NCBI GenBank assembly: GCA_964228815.1
Contig: CAXRAL010000015.1
Coordinates: forward strand, 1-63,148
Reading direction: 5' to 3'
Source: Candidatus Poseidoniaceae archaeon
GTDB taxonomy: Archaea; Thermoplasmatota; Poseidoniia; Poseidoniales; Poseidoniaceae
Length of the DNA: 63,148 nucleotides
Shown: in pieces, positions 17,358 through 24,813 of the stretch
Numbering within the stretch: position 1 is the stretch's first letter
Layout of the letters: each line of letters begins with the position of its first letter
Notes under the pieces: generated by a model
What the model saw: only the letters and a program-made list of their open reading frames with translations
What the model was told of the DNA's origin: nothing
Database searches by the model: none
Translations under genes and position numbers: made by a program

Positions 17358-20060
17358 TCACGCCTCTTCTTCCATCGCAGGACGGGGCGGCGGAGCCGTG
17401 ATGGGTTCGGGCTGGGTCTTTGGCAGCGGCGGACCTGGTCGCTGTGCGTTGGAGTAGACTGCATAGACGATGACGGCACCAGCAAGCAGGAAAATGATGG
17501 TCGATGCACTGACCCCATCGTCGTCGCTCTCGCCCGCAGGGTTGACAACGGCCGCTTCGCATCCTCGCTCGTCAACCACGGCGTCAACCGGCGAATCACC
17601 ACAGAAGTCGTAAGCGTTGACAACGCCGTCACTGTCATCGTCGAGCTGGTATTCACTGCATCCGTTCGAAGAAGCCGTTTGCTCGGGGTCGGTGTTCGGG
17701 CAGCGGTCCAGCGGGTCAAGCACCCCGTCTTGGTCGTCATCGTCGTCCTCAACAGCATCGATGCACCCGTCGCCGTCGTTGTCCTGACCGGGCTGAGCAG
17801 GGCCGATCAGGCCGCGTGGGCAGCGGTCCATCGGATCCTTGATGCCGTCTTGGTCGTCGTCGTTGTCTTCGAGGTCGTCATGGCAACCGTCGCCGTCGTT
17901 GTCGTAGAGAGAGGCATTGTCACCCCAGTTCTTTTCCCCCATCGGGCAGGCGTCGTTGACGTCCAACACCGAATCGTCGTCATCGTCTTCATCCGAGGTT
18001 TCGTCGAGACAACCGTCGCTGTCATAATCGTTCCAAGAGAAGGAAACCCAAGACTGGATGTCATTGGGGCAGTTGTCATCGGGAATGGAGATGCCGTCGC
18101 CGTCTTTGTCGGCGTCGCAGGCATCACCGATACCGTCGTTGTCGAGGTCGGCTTGGGTAGGGTTGGCGACTGCAGGGCAATTATCAGCTTGGTCAACAAA
18201 GCCGTCTTCGTCGTTGTCCTCATCCGAGCATCCGTCCGACTCAATGTCGCTTTCTTCGGTGGAGATCCACCCAACGGGTCCCTTGGGGCACAAGTCGTAT
18301 TCGTCGAAAATACCATCTTCGTCATCGTCCAAATCCTCCGTGAGGTCTCGGCAACCGTCACTGTCATGGTCGGACATGGTGTTGGCTGCCCACCCGACAT
18401 CACCAGTTGGGCAATCATCGTCCACGTCCAGCACGCCGTCTCCATCGACGTCATCGTCGCAAGCATCGCCGAAGGCGTCACCGTCGAGGTTGGCTTGGTC
18501 GTTGTTGGCGAGGCCGGGGCAGTTGTCAACTCCGTCCAGCACCCCGTCGAGGTCCAGATCGGTCTCATACAGCCATACGCCCATGTCGTAATGATCACGC
18601 TGCTCGAACGAATGAGCGCCGTAGGCACCGTCGTTGTTGGCGATGAAGGAGATGACCGGTGAACCGGTTGCACTCATGGCGAGCGTGTCGGGAAGGTCAT
18701 CGCCTTGCCCTCCTGCTGAAACGGCCCAATCCCAGGCGCTGTTGGCTTGACGCCGTGCGAGGAAGAGGTCGTGGTGGTTCCCGTCGTTCATGCCGTCGAG
18801 GTCGGTGAGCGTGTATTCGCCCAGCACGAGTGTCCCTGTGGTTTTACCCAAGATGAGCGAATCGCCTTGCTCGGTGAGATGAATCGCCACGGCGTGGTCC
18901 GCTGCCCCGCCACCGAAGGCGGTGGCGTGCATCCATTCACCTTGTGGAGAAAGATGGGCTTCGTAGAAATCGACCCACACCGATGGCGCGAGTTCAATTT
19001 CACCAAACGTCATGTTCTGCAGGAAATCACCCACCACCGCCACACCACCGTCATGGCGGCCATCGCAGTCGGCAGCGGTCGAATCGCCCGCACCTCCGGC
19101 GCCTGTGGCCCAAAGCCAACCACCAGAGTTGTATTTGGCAACAGCGACGTGTGAGGTTCCTTCGCTGGTGAGTTCGTTTTCTCCGAAACTCACGAGTTCA
19201 AGGAACGAGGTCGCAAAGTAGGTTTCGCCGTTGTCGTCTGAGCACAGGGACCCCGTGTTTTCGAGGTTCTGGCTGGAGAACACCGTGTGCATGTGTCGAT
19301 GCTCCCCCATGCTGTCCAGCACGATGATGGCCACGGAGTCCTCGGAGAGGCTTCCAGGTGCCAACTCGCCACCGGAGGTCAGCGAATCTCGATGAAGAAG
19401 CGCGAGGTGAACTTCGTCGTTCGGGCCGACCATCATGTCAATGACTGAGAGCTGGTAGGGATTGGAAAAACTCGTTGCCCACATCCACTCGCCCATGGAC
19501 GTCATGCCAGCCACGAAGACGGCGTTTTCGTGTTCGTCAGCTGTTTTGTTGATGGGTGCGAGTTCGCCGAGGGTCATGTTGCAAGCATCGCCTTTGGTCA
19601 TGTCACAGAACGTGCCTGCGACGATGATGGTCCCGTCACTCGTACGGTCCATGGCGTCAATGCCGTCGAGCCCACTGCTCGTACCGGCGACGGTTTGGGT
19701 CCAGGTGCCGTTTTCATCGATCCATGCAAGGAAAAAATCAATTCCAAAACTGGAGTCATCGCTTGAGAAACCAACCACATCGTCGTGGAATTCTACGTTT
19801 TGTTCGAACATACCACCCACGAGCATGCTGCCGTTGGGCAAGGGAACCATTCCTCGTACGCGCTCGTAACTTGCTCCACCTGCGCTGGCCAACCAACCGC
19901 TGGCGTTTTCGGCAGAGCTGGGGCTGGTACTCACCTGAGTCAAGGTTGACTTGCCATCGTGTCCACCGTTGATGGACAACGGGGTGAGCAACATCATGCT
20001 CACGACCAAGAACGGCATGATGCGACTGATTCTCACACGGCAACCAAGGTGCCTCTGCAT
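17358..20060 (-). CDS. Giant acidic surface protein: signal peptide, SBBP-like beta-propeller, canonical thrombospondin type-3 repeats, C-terminal TM anchor
   Basis: Start trimmed to ATG 20060 (MQRHLGCRVRISRIMPFLVVSMMLLTPLS). Propeller-like repeats (DFFLAWIDENGTW..., VAVAKYNSGGWLWAT..., DLFLARRQANSAWDWA). TSP3 units DNCPGLANNDQANLDGDAFGDACDDDVDGDG and DNCPAVANPTQADLDNDGIGDACDADKDGDG. TM helix STIIFLLAGAVIVYAVY. Confidence 0.8.
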   Translation of the reverse strand: MQRHLGCRVRISRIMPFLVVSMMLLTPLSINGGHDGKSTLTQVSTSPSSAENASGWLASAGGASYERVRGMVPLPNGSMLVGGMFEQNVEFHDDVVGFSSDDSSFGIDFFLAWIDENGTWTQTVAGTSSGLDGIDAMDRTSDGTIIVAGTFCDMTKGDACNMTLGELAPINKTADEHENAVFVAGMTSMGEWMWATSFSNPYQLSVIDMMVGPNDEVHLALLHRDSLTSGGELAPGSLSEDSVAIIVLDSMGEHRHMHTVFSSQNLENTGSLCSDDNGETYFATSFLELVSFGENELTSEGTSHVAVAKYNSGGWLWATGAGGAGDSTAADCDGRHDGGVAVVGDFLQNMTFGEIELAPSVWVDFYEAHLSPQGEWMHATAFGGGAADHAVAIHLTEQGDSLILGKTTGTLVLGEYTLTDLDGMNDGNHHDLFLARRQANSAWDWAVSAGGQGDDLPDTLAMSATGSPVISFIANNDGAYGAHSFEQRDHYDMGVWLYETDLDLDGVLDGVDNCPGLANNDQANLDGDAFGDACDDDVDGDGVLDVDDDCPTGDVGWAANTMSDHDSDGCRDLTEDLDDDEDGIFDEYDLCPKGPVGWISTEESDIESDGCSDEDNDEDGFVDQADNCPAVANPTQADLDNDGIGDACDADKDGDGISIPDDNCPNDIQSWVSFSWNDYDSDGCLDETSDEDDDDDSVLDVNDACPMGEKNWGDNASLYDNDGDGCHDDLEDNDDDQDGIKDPMDRCPRGLIGPAQPGQDNDGDGCIDAVEDDDDDQDGVLDPLDRCPNTDPEQTASSNGCSEYQLDDDSDGVVNAYDFCGDSPVDAVVDERGCEAAVVNPAGESDDDGVSASTIIFLLAGAVIVYAVYSNAQRPGPPLPKTQPEPITAPPPRPAMEEEA
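17583..18563 (-). repeat. Coding repeat array: TSP3 repeats plus about five CP-x-GW-x-D-x-D(S/G)DGC-x-D...DDD-x-DG-x-D-x-x-D-x-CP units
   Basis: Periodic Asp/Cys pattern over residues 524-850 of the 924-aa ORF-track translation. The antisense frame is open over 17679-18662 as a by-product. Confidence 0.7.
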
Positions 20061-20132
20061 AAGAACCCCTCGTGTTTCCGTGAGTGTGCGATTGGGGGAG
20101 CCTTCATTGAGTGTCGTCAGAAAGAGAACCAC

Positions 20133-21179
20133 ATGGGTGAGGGTTCACGGCGGCCGCCTCGTCGGCAACAACAACGGCGTGGTTCGTCGTCCAAACGCCG
20201 CTATGGCGGACCAAAGCGCGCCCAACAAATGGAGCGATTTGCAGGTGATGTCGCATCGATGAACGCCGATGCTGAATCGCGGTTTGACCGGACACCGCTC
20301 CCGATGGCGTTTCCCAAGGACATGGAACCGCCTCGAACGTTTCACCTCTCGTGGACGCCCCAACCGGTGCCGTTGAAGGCCGAAGAGCGCGTGGCATCGC
20401 TGGTGGTCAAGCGCGGTGATTTTGGCTGGCTCAGCGATGAACGTGTTGACGCCATTGCTGCACAGGTCGAATCCGAGCAAATGAACCTCGACCAAGCCCT
20501 TTCCCTACGGTCTGCTCTTCTTCAGCAGAAGACCGTGTATTCTCACCACCGGCTGAAATCAAAGGCCCGCGAACTTGCCCGACTCTACCGAGAGGGCACC
20601 TCGGTGGTCGAACTTTCCAAGAAATACGATTTCCCACCGGTCAACATTTTCCGTGTTGTCCTTGAAGCGATGGGATGGTCGAAAAAACGCATCAAGGAAA
20701 GTTTGCGAAACCCCTCATCCATGAAGCAGCGAGAGCGAGAGGAATTCGAAGCGGCCGAAGCCGTGGATCGCGTCTCAAGCGTTGACCAGTCCGAGACGCA
20801 GGTCAAAGCCGACCTGTTCGAGGACATCTTGGCCGACTGGTTCGAAGCACAGGGGATTCGTCTGCGCCGTCAGCCTGAGATGGTCAAGGAGCAGTCCGAA
20901 CTTCTCGGTCGCCCTGTGCGAACGCCCGATCTGCTGTTTTTGGATCACGTCTACATCAACGGTCAACCTGTGGCTTGGATTGACGCCAAGCACTTCTACG
21001 GGGCTGACGTCGAATTCCAGCGAAAGAAGATGAAGAAACAAATGAACCGCTACATCGAGGAGTGGGGGAGCGGAGCCATCATGTTCCGCCACGGTTTCTC
21101 TGAAAACTTGTTCTTGCCCGGTGTTCTGATGCTTGACGCGAGCCCAATCGACCTCTCCCGGCTCAATCCAGGTGACTGA
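20133..21179 (+). CDS. CDIN1 (C15orf41)-like protein: HTH region plus TPD-motif PD-(D/E)XK nuclease domain
   Basis: Start trimmed to ATG 20133. C-terminal GRPVRTPDLLFLDHVYINGQPVAWIDAKHFYGAD...GSGAIMFRHGF gives the TPD tripeptide and a D...(D/E)xK nuclease core. HTH-like segment SVVELSKKYDFPPVNIFRVVLEAMGWSKKRIKESLRNPS. Arg-rich N-terminus. Confidence 0.65.
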   Translation: MGEGSRRPPRRQQQRRGSSSKRRYGGPKRAQQMERFAGDVASMNADAESRFDRTPLPMAFPKDMEPPRTFHLSWTPQPVPLKAEERVASLVVKRGDFGWLSDERVDAIAAQVESEQMNLDQALSLRSALLQQKTVYSHHRLKSKARELARLYREGTSVVELSKKYDFPPVNIFRVVLEAMGWSKKRIKESLRNPSSMKQREREEFEAAEAVDRVSSVDQSETQVKADLFEDILADWFEAQGIRLRRQPEMVKEQSELLGRPVRTPDLLFLDHVYINGQPVAWIDAKHFYGADVEFQRKKMKKQMNRYIEEWGSGAIMFRHGFSENLFLPGVLMLDASPIDLSRLNPGD

Positions 21180-22194
21180 CCGGTGAAATGCTCGTGATGA
21201 GGCAGGCAAACCCCCGTTGACGAATGCGTTCAGCAAGGTCTTCCAAAGTTTCCATTCTGATTCCGCCGTCCAACGAACGAGGGAGCACGGCCACCGAACT
21301 GCCGAGCATGCAAAGACGGACCGCCATCGATGCCTGCCAGCCTCCGTCCTGCACCGCTTCGAGGGTATGACGGCGTATACGCGCTCGCTCCTCTTCCTCC
21401 AACATGCCAGAGGCGGTGGCAAACGTTCTTGATGCCAGCAGAAGATCACCCCAGCGCTCAGGTGACCACGGCCGTGCGGCGAGCGCCGATACACCGGTCT
21501 GGCCTGCCATGGTGATGGACCGCTGCCACGCCGGGTCGTCGATGTAGGTGGACGTGTGTCGCTCTTCAAGCGGGTCCCATGCCAGCAGGACCGGTACGTC
21601 GGCTTCGAACGAGGTGGCGTGACCGGGCCACCCAGGTGCACCGGGTGCCAGCCTCAATTCGACCCCCCCGACGGAGGCTCCGAGCACATCGCCGAGTCCA
21701 GCTCCGTGGGCGCGCTCAATGCGATGAGCGATTTTCAGGTATTGCGTCACTCGCCCTCGTCCGGTGAGGGCGTGAATGACTCGGCCTGCTGCGATGAGGC
21801 CAGCGGCCGACATGCCGAACCCTTGACTGGTCGGGCACTCAAGGGTGACCTCCATCTCGATGTGTTCGTCCGAACGCAAGAGCGTGGCATCATAACATGC
21901 CTCAATGAAATCCAGGTAGAGGTCAACCCGTTCAAGGTGGTCGCCATGCATGTCCTTGACCGTCACCTTGGGGGGTTCTGGTGCGTCTTGTTCGTTCCGA
22001 AGGTCGGGCGTGATTCCCGCCATGGGCTCACCGGTCGGGATCTTTTCACGGCGAAGGGTTCCGGTGATTTCGACGCCGTGATGAATGGAAAACCCTGCGC
22101 CCTTGCTGCCTTGACTTCGTTTCAAGGTGGTGGATTTGTCAACCGTGAAGAGAAGGGTAATGTGGCCACCGCAGCGACAGGTAGCGGTGGTCAT
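21163..22194 (-). CDS. Pantoate kinase (archaeal CoA pathway, GHMP kinase superfamily)
   Basis: GGHITLLFTV, GSKGAGFSIHHGVEI, GHMP motif SQGFGMSAAGLIAAG and AHRIERAHGAGLGDVLGASVGGVELRLAPGAPGWPG. These resemble the Thermococcus pantoate kinase pattern AH..E...GGLGDV.G...GG.E.R..PGGPG, recalled from memory. Confidence 0.75.
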   Translation of the reverse strand: MTTATCRCGGHITLLFTVDKSTTLKRSQGSKGAGFSIHHGVEITGTLRREKIPTGEPMAGITPDLRNEQDAPEPPKVTVKDMHGDHLERVDLYLDFIEACYDATLLRSDEHIEMEVTLECPTSQGFGMSAAGLIAAGRVIHALTGRGRVTQYLKIAHRIERAHGAGLGDVLGASVGGVELRLAPGAPGWPGHATSFEADVPVLLAWDPLEERHTSTYIDDPAWQRSITMAGQTGVSALAARPWSPERWGDLLLASRTFATASGMLEEEERARIRRHTLEAVQDGGWQASMAVRLCMLGSSVAVLPRSLDGGIRMETLEDLAERIRQRGFACLITSISPVSHLD

Positions 22195-22237
22195 CCCTCC
22201 AAGCGAAGGGGCATCGGCTGATGAATCCCGCGCCGAT

Positions 22238-23170
22238 TCAAGCCAAAGCGGAGGCCAAGTCTTCGCTCAGGTTGTTGAATCGGTTCTTGAGTTCATCAAG
22301 GGCCATGTTGAAGGCCGTGACCGGGTCAAGGCTGCCGTCGGTTTCGTAGGAGAACACGTAGGCGCCTTCAACAGGCTCGAGGGTGATGGCGTCGTCGAAG
22401 GCTTCCTCTCGACCGGTGCCCTCGCCCACTTGATGAAGGGCCTTCTCAAGGTCCATCACGTGGTTGATGTCGGTCAATTTCTTGTCCTTACCGAACAGCT
22501 TGGCGTCGATGGCCGTGCCGTCCGAGGTGGTCAGTCCGAGTTCGAAGAGCACGCTGGCTTTCTTGGGTTTGTTGAGGACGGCGACGCGGTGGGGGCGGAA
22601 GCCAACAGCAGCCACGGGGGACCACTTGGCGTGGTCTCGGCCGCGACCGAGCACGGCAAAGGCGTAGAATTCCAAGAACTGACCCTTGGACAGAACGGTC
22701 AGTGGGATTTGCTTGTGCTCGTCTCGGATGTCAAAGACGGGGTCGGAGATGGTGGTGATGTCGCCGGCGTAGACGGTCTTGATCTCCTCTTCAGCGTCGG
22801 CGGATGGACCGCGAGCAGAGAGCGTGTAGAGCACCTGGCACATGGGGCAACCCTTGTCCTTCTCAACGACGTCTTGACAGTTGGCGCACTCGTTGGGGAA
22901 CACCAAGCCCTCGTCAAGGTTGGTGGGGATGGGGATCATGGCCAAACGGTGAGCAAGCACTTCGTCGGGAAGCACGTTGACCGATTCCACAACTTCGCCC
23001 TTGTTGTCCTGAGTGACACCCTGCGAGAAATCCACGCGTGTGATGGCGAGTTTGGGAACATCGGCGATGAGCGCACGACGAATGGCGTTGACCTGGGAAG
23101 CGTCGGTCTCGCTGATGAGGATTCGAATCTCATGGCCTTGAGGCCAGCCTTCAACAATCTCGGTCTTCAT
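22238..23170 (-). CDS. rpoD: DNA-directed RNA polymerase subunit D (Rpo3)
   Basis: IRILISETDASQVNAIRRALIADVPKLAITRVDF, LAHRLAMIPI and a C-terminal dimerisation helix. Sits directly downstream of the S13-S4-S11 genes, as in the conserved archaeal operon. Confidence 0.88.
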   Translation of the reverse strand: MKTEIVEGWPQGHEIRILISETDASQVNAIRRALIADVPKLAITRVDFSQGVTQDNKGEVVESVNVLPDEVLAHRLAMIPIPTNLDEGLVFPNECANCQDVVEKDKGCPMCQVLYTLSARGPSADAEEEIKTVYAGDITTISDPVFDIRDEHKQIPLTVLSKGQFLEFYAFAVLGRGRDHAKWSPVAAVGFRPHRVAVLNKPKKASVLFELGLTTSDGTAIDAKLFGKDKKLTDINHVMDLEKALHQVGEGTGREEAFDDAITLEPVEGAYVFSYETDGSLDPVTAFNMALDELKNRFNNLSEDLASALA

Positions 23171-23188
23171 GTGTGTTCAACTCCTTCA

Positions 23189-23575
23189 TCAGACACGGCG
23201 GCCACGTCGGCCACCCTTTTTCTTGGTACCATCGTGAGCGATGGGGGTGACGTCTTCGATTCGTGTGATGGTCATGCCAGCACGGGTCAGTGCACGGATG
23301 GCGGCTTGAGCGCCAGGACCGGTGTTGTTGGAGAGGTTGCCGCCGGGAGCCCGGTACTTGACGATGAGTTCAGTGAACTCCTTGTCTTTCAGTGCGTCAG
23401 CCATGCGTTCGGCAGAACGGGTTGCAGCAAACTGGCCGCCCTTGTCCTTGCCAGCCTTCACGACTTCACCGCCGTTGCAGGTGGTGATGGTTTCAGCGCC
23501 GGTCAAATCGGTAGCCGTCATGAGGATGTTGTTGTACGAACTGAAGATGTTGACAATGGCTTTGCGGGACATCAT
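23189..23575 (-). CDS. rps11: 30S ribosomal protein S11 (uS11)
   Basis: AIVNIFSSYNNILMTATDLTGAETI...GPGAQAAIRALTRAGMTITRIEDVTPIAHDG. 4-nt overlap with the S4 gene. Confidence 0.93.
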   Translation of the reverse strand: MMSRKAIVNIFSSYNNILMTATDLTGAETITTCNGGEVVKAGKDKGGQFAATRSAERMADALKDKEFTELIVKYRAPGGNLSNNTGPGAQAAIRALTRAGMTITRIEDVTPIAHDGTKKKGGRRGRRV

Positions 23576-24222
23576 TCATCGCCTCCTTCAATGGCTTCCG
23601 TCGAGGCTTCGGCAGCCTCACGGACCTCTTCAGCGAATTCGGCCGTAGCTTCAGGAGTGACGTCTTCGTCTTCGTAGTTGGCGGCTTCGCGAACGCCCTC
23701 AATCGCCTTTCGGATGGGGTGGTTGGGGTCGTTGAGCGGGGAGGCGGGGTGGTAGCGGAGTTCACCTTCTTCGTCCCGGCTCACGGCGTAGGATGGGATG
23801 GTGATCTTCTGGTCGCCGATGCAAATCTGACCGTGCGTGACCAGCTGGCGGGCTTGCTTCATGGTGCAAGCCAGGCCCTTGTAATACACTTGAGCCTGAA
23901 GGCGACGGTTCAGCACGTCCTCCGTGCTGAGCGAGAGGATGTCGCCGAGTTCGGCGTCGGATTCGATGAGGCCTTTGTGGTGGAGCGAGCGAAGCAAGTC
24001 TTCGCGCTCTCGCTTGCCGTGGCCTTCGGTGGTGTCGATGTTTCCGATCAGGCGCATGGCTTGACGTCGGTGTCGTCGAAGTTGGGACTTGGCCTTCCAA
24101 ATCTCCTTCATGTTCTTGAGACCGTGGTTGCCTTGGATGGCGTGCTCTTCTTCGATTCGGTCAGCCTTCCAGGGGTGCGAAGGCGTGTCGTACTTGGGTC
24201 GTGAAAACTTTGGCTCTCCCAT
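23572..24222 (-). CDS. rps4: 30S ribosomal protein S4 (uS4) with acidic C-terminal extension
   Basis: MGEPKFSRPKYDTPSHPWKADRIEEE..., S4 domain RRLQAQVYYKGLACTMKQARQLVTHGQICIGDQKITIPSY, and an extra Glu/Ala-rich tail of about 35 aa. Confidence 0.93.
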   Translation of the reverse strand: MGEPKFSRPKYDTPSHPWKADRIEEEHAIQGNHGLKNMKEIWKAKSQLRRHRRQAMRLIGNIDTTEGHGKREREDLLRSLHHKGLIESDAELGDILSLSTEDVLNRRLQAQVYYKGLACTMKQARQLVTHGQICIGDQKITIPSYAVSRDEEGELRYHPASPLNDPNHPIRKAIEGVREAANYEDEDVTPEATAEFAEEVREAAEASTEAIEGGDE

Positions 24223-24237
24223 GTTGATTCCTCCTCA

Positions 24238-24705
24238 TCATTTCTTTCGGCTGACACCCAGGGTCAGGCCACCACGGCCGTTGGAGCGACCGCGCTGACC
24301 ACGAACCTTGTTGCCGGAGGCGTGTCGAACGCCACGGTAGCACTTCATGGTTCGAAGGCGGTTGATGTCGTCTTGGAGGGTGAATCGGACTTGTTGCCCG
24401 GTGAGGTGGATTTCGTTGCCAGTCTCAAGATCTCGCTGTCGGTTGAGCATCCAGAGGGGGACGCTCTCGGCGTAGGATTCAATGGCTACACGAAGTTGCT
24501 CTTGCTGGTCGGTGTCGAGGAAACCGGCGAGGGCATAGGGGTCAAACCCGGTGTTTTTGCAGATCTGAATGGCGGTGCGGGCACCGACACCCTTGACCGA
24601 GGTCAGGGCGGTGGCCAGCGGCTTCAAGCCGTCCATGTCCGTATCTGCCATTCGCAGAATGTAAGAAAAGTCATCACCAAGGTCCTCATCCTTAGGTCGT
24701 GCCAT
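24238..24705 (-). CDS. rps13: 30S ribosomal protein S13 (uS13)
   Basis: FSYILRMADTDMDGLKPLATALTSVKGVGARTA...RGQRGRSNGR. ATG 24705 is preferred over GTG 24714 because AAGGTGA lies a few nt upstream of it. Confidence 0.92.
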   Translation of the reverse strand: MARPKDEDLGDDFSYILRMADTDMDGLKPLATALTSVKGVGARTAIQICKNTGFDPYALAGFLDTDQQEQLRVAIESYAESVPLWMLNRQRDLETGNEIHLTGQQVRFTLQDDINRLRTMKCYRGVRHASGNKVRGQRGRSNGRGGLTLGVSRKK

Positions 24706-24754
24706 ATCGTTCACCTTAACGTTAACACCACAGTGTCAAGCATCCCTCCGACCA

Positions 24755-24775
24755 ACCTCCCATATATCAAGACCG
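24755..24775 (-). promoter_or_regulatory. Putative TATA-box promoter of the S13-S4-S11-rpoD operon
   Basis: On the coding strand, TTGATATATGG (24761-24770) is an isolated AT-rich element in GC-rich DNA, about 50 nt upstream of the S13 start. Confidence 0.4.
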
Positions 24776-24813
24776 CGATGATGAAATCCGCGCCACTGAG
24801 CCGCGAAAAGCCC

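Noticed and set aside
17679-18662. 327-aa + strand ORF and 288-aa alternative-frame ORF (17807-18673 -) over the TSP3 region
   Set aside because: Same repeat-composition artefact, opposite to or out of frame with the TSP3-repeat adhesin.
20775-21641. 288-aa ORF on the - strand spanning the CDIN1-like / pantoate kinase junction
   Set aside because: It overlaps two better-supported genes on both strands. The translation is Arg/Pro/Ser-rich and featureless.
22127-23677. 516-aa ORF on the + strand
   Set aside because: It is antisense to rpoD and the S11/S4 genes. Composition is Gly/Val/Asp-rich and featureless.
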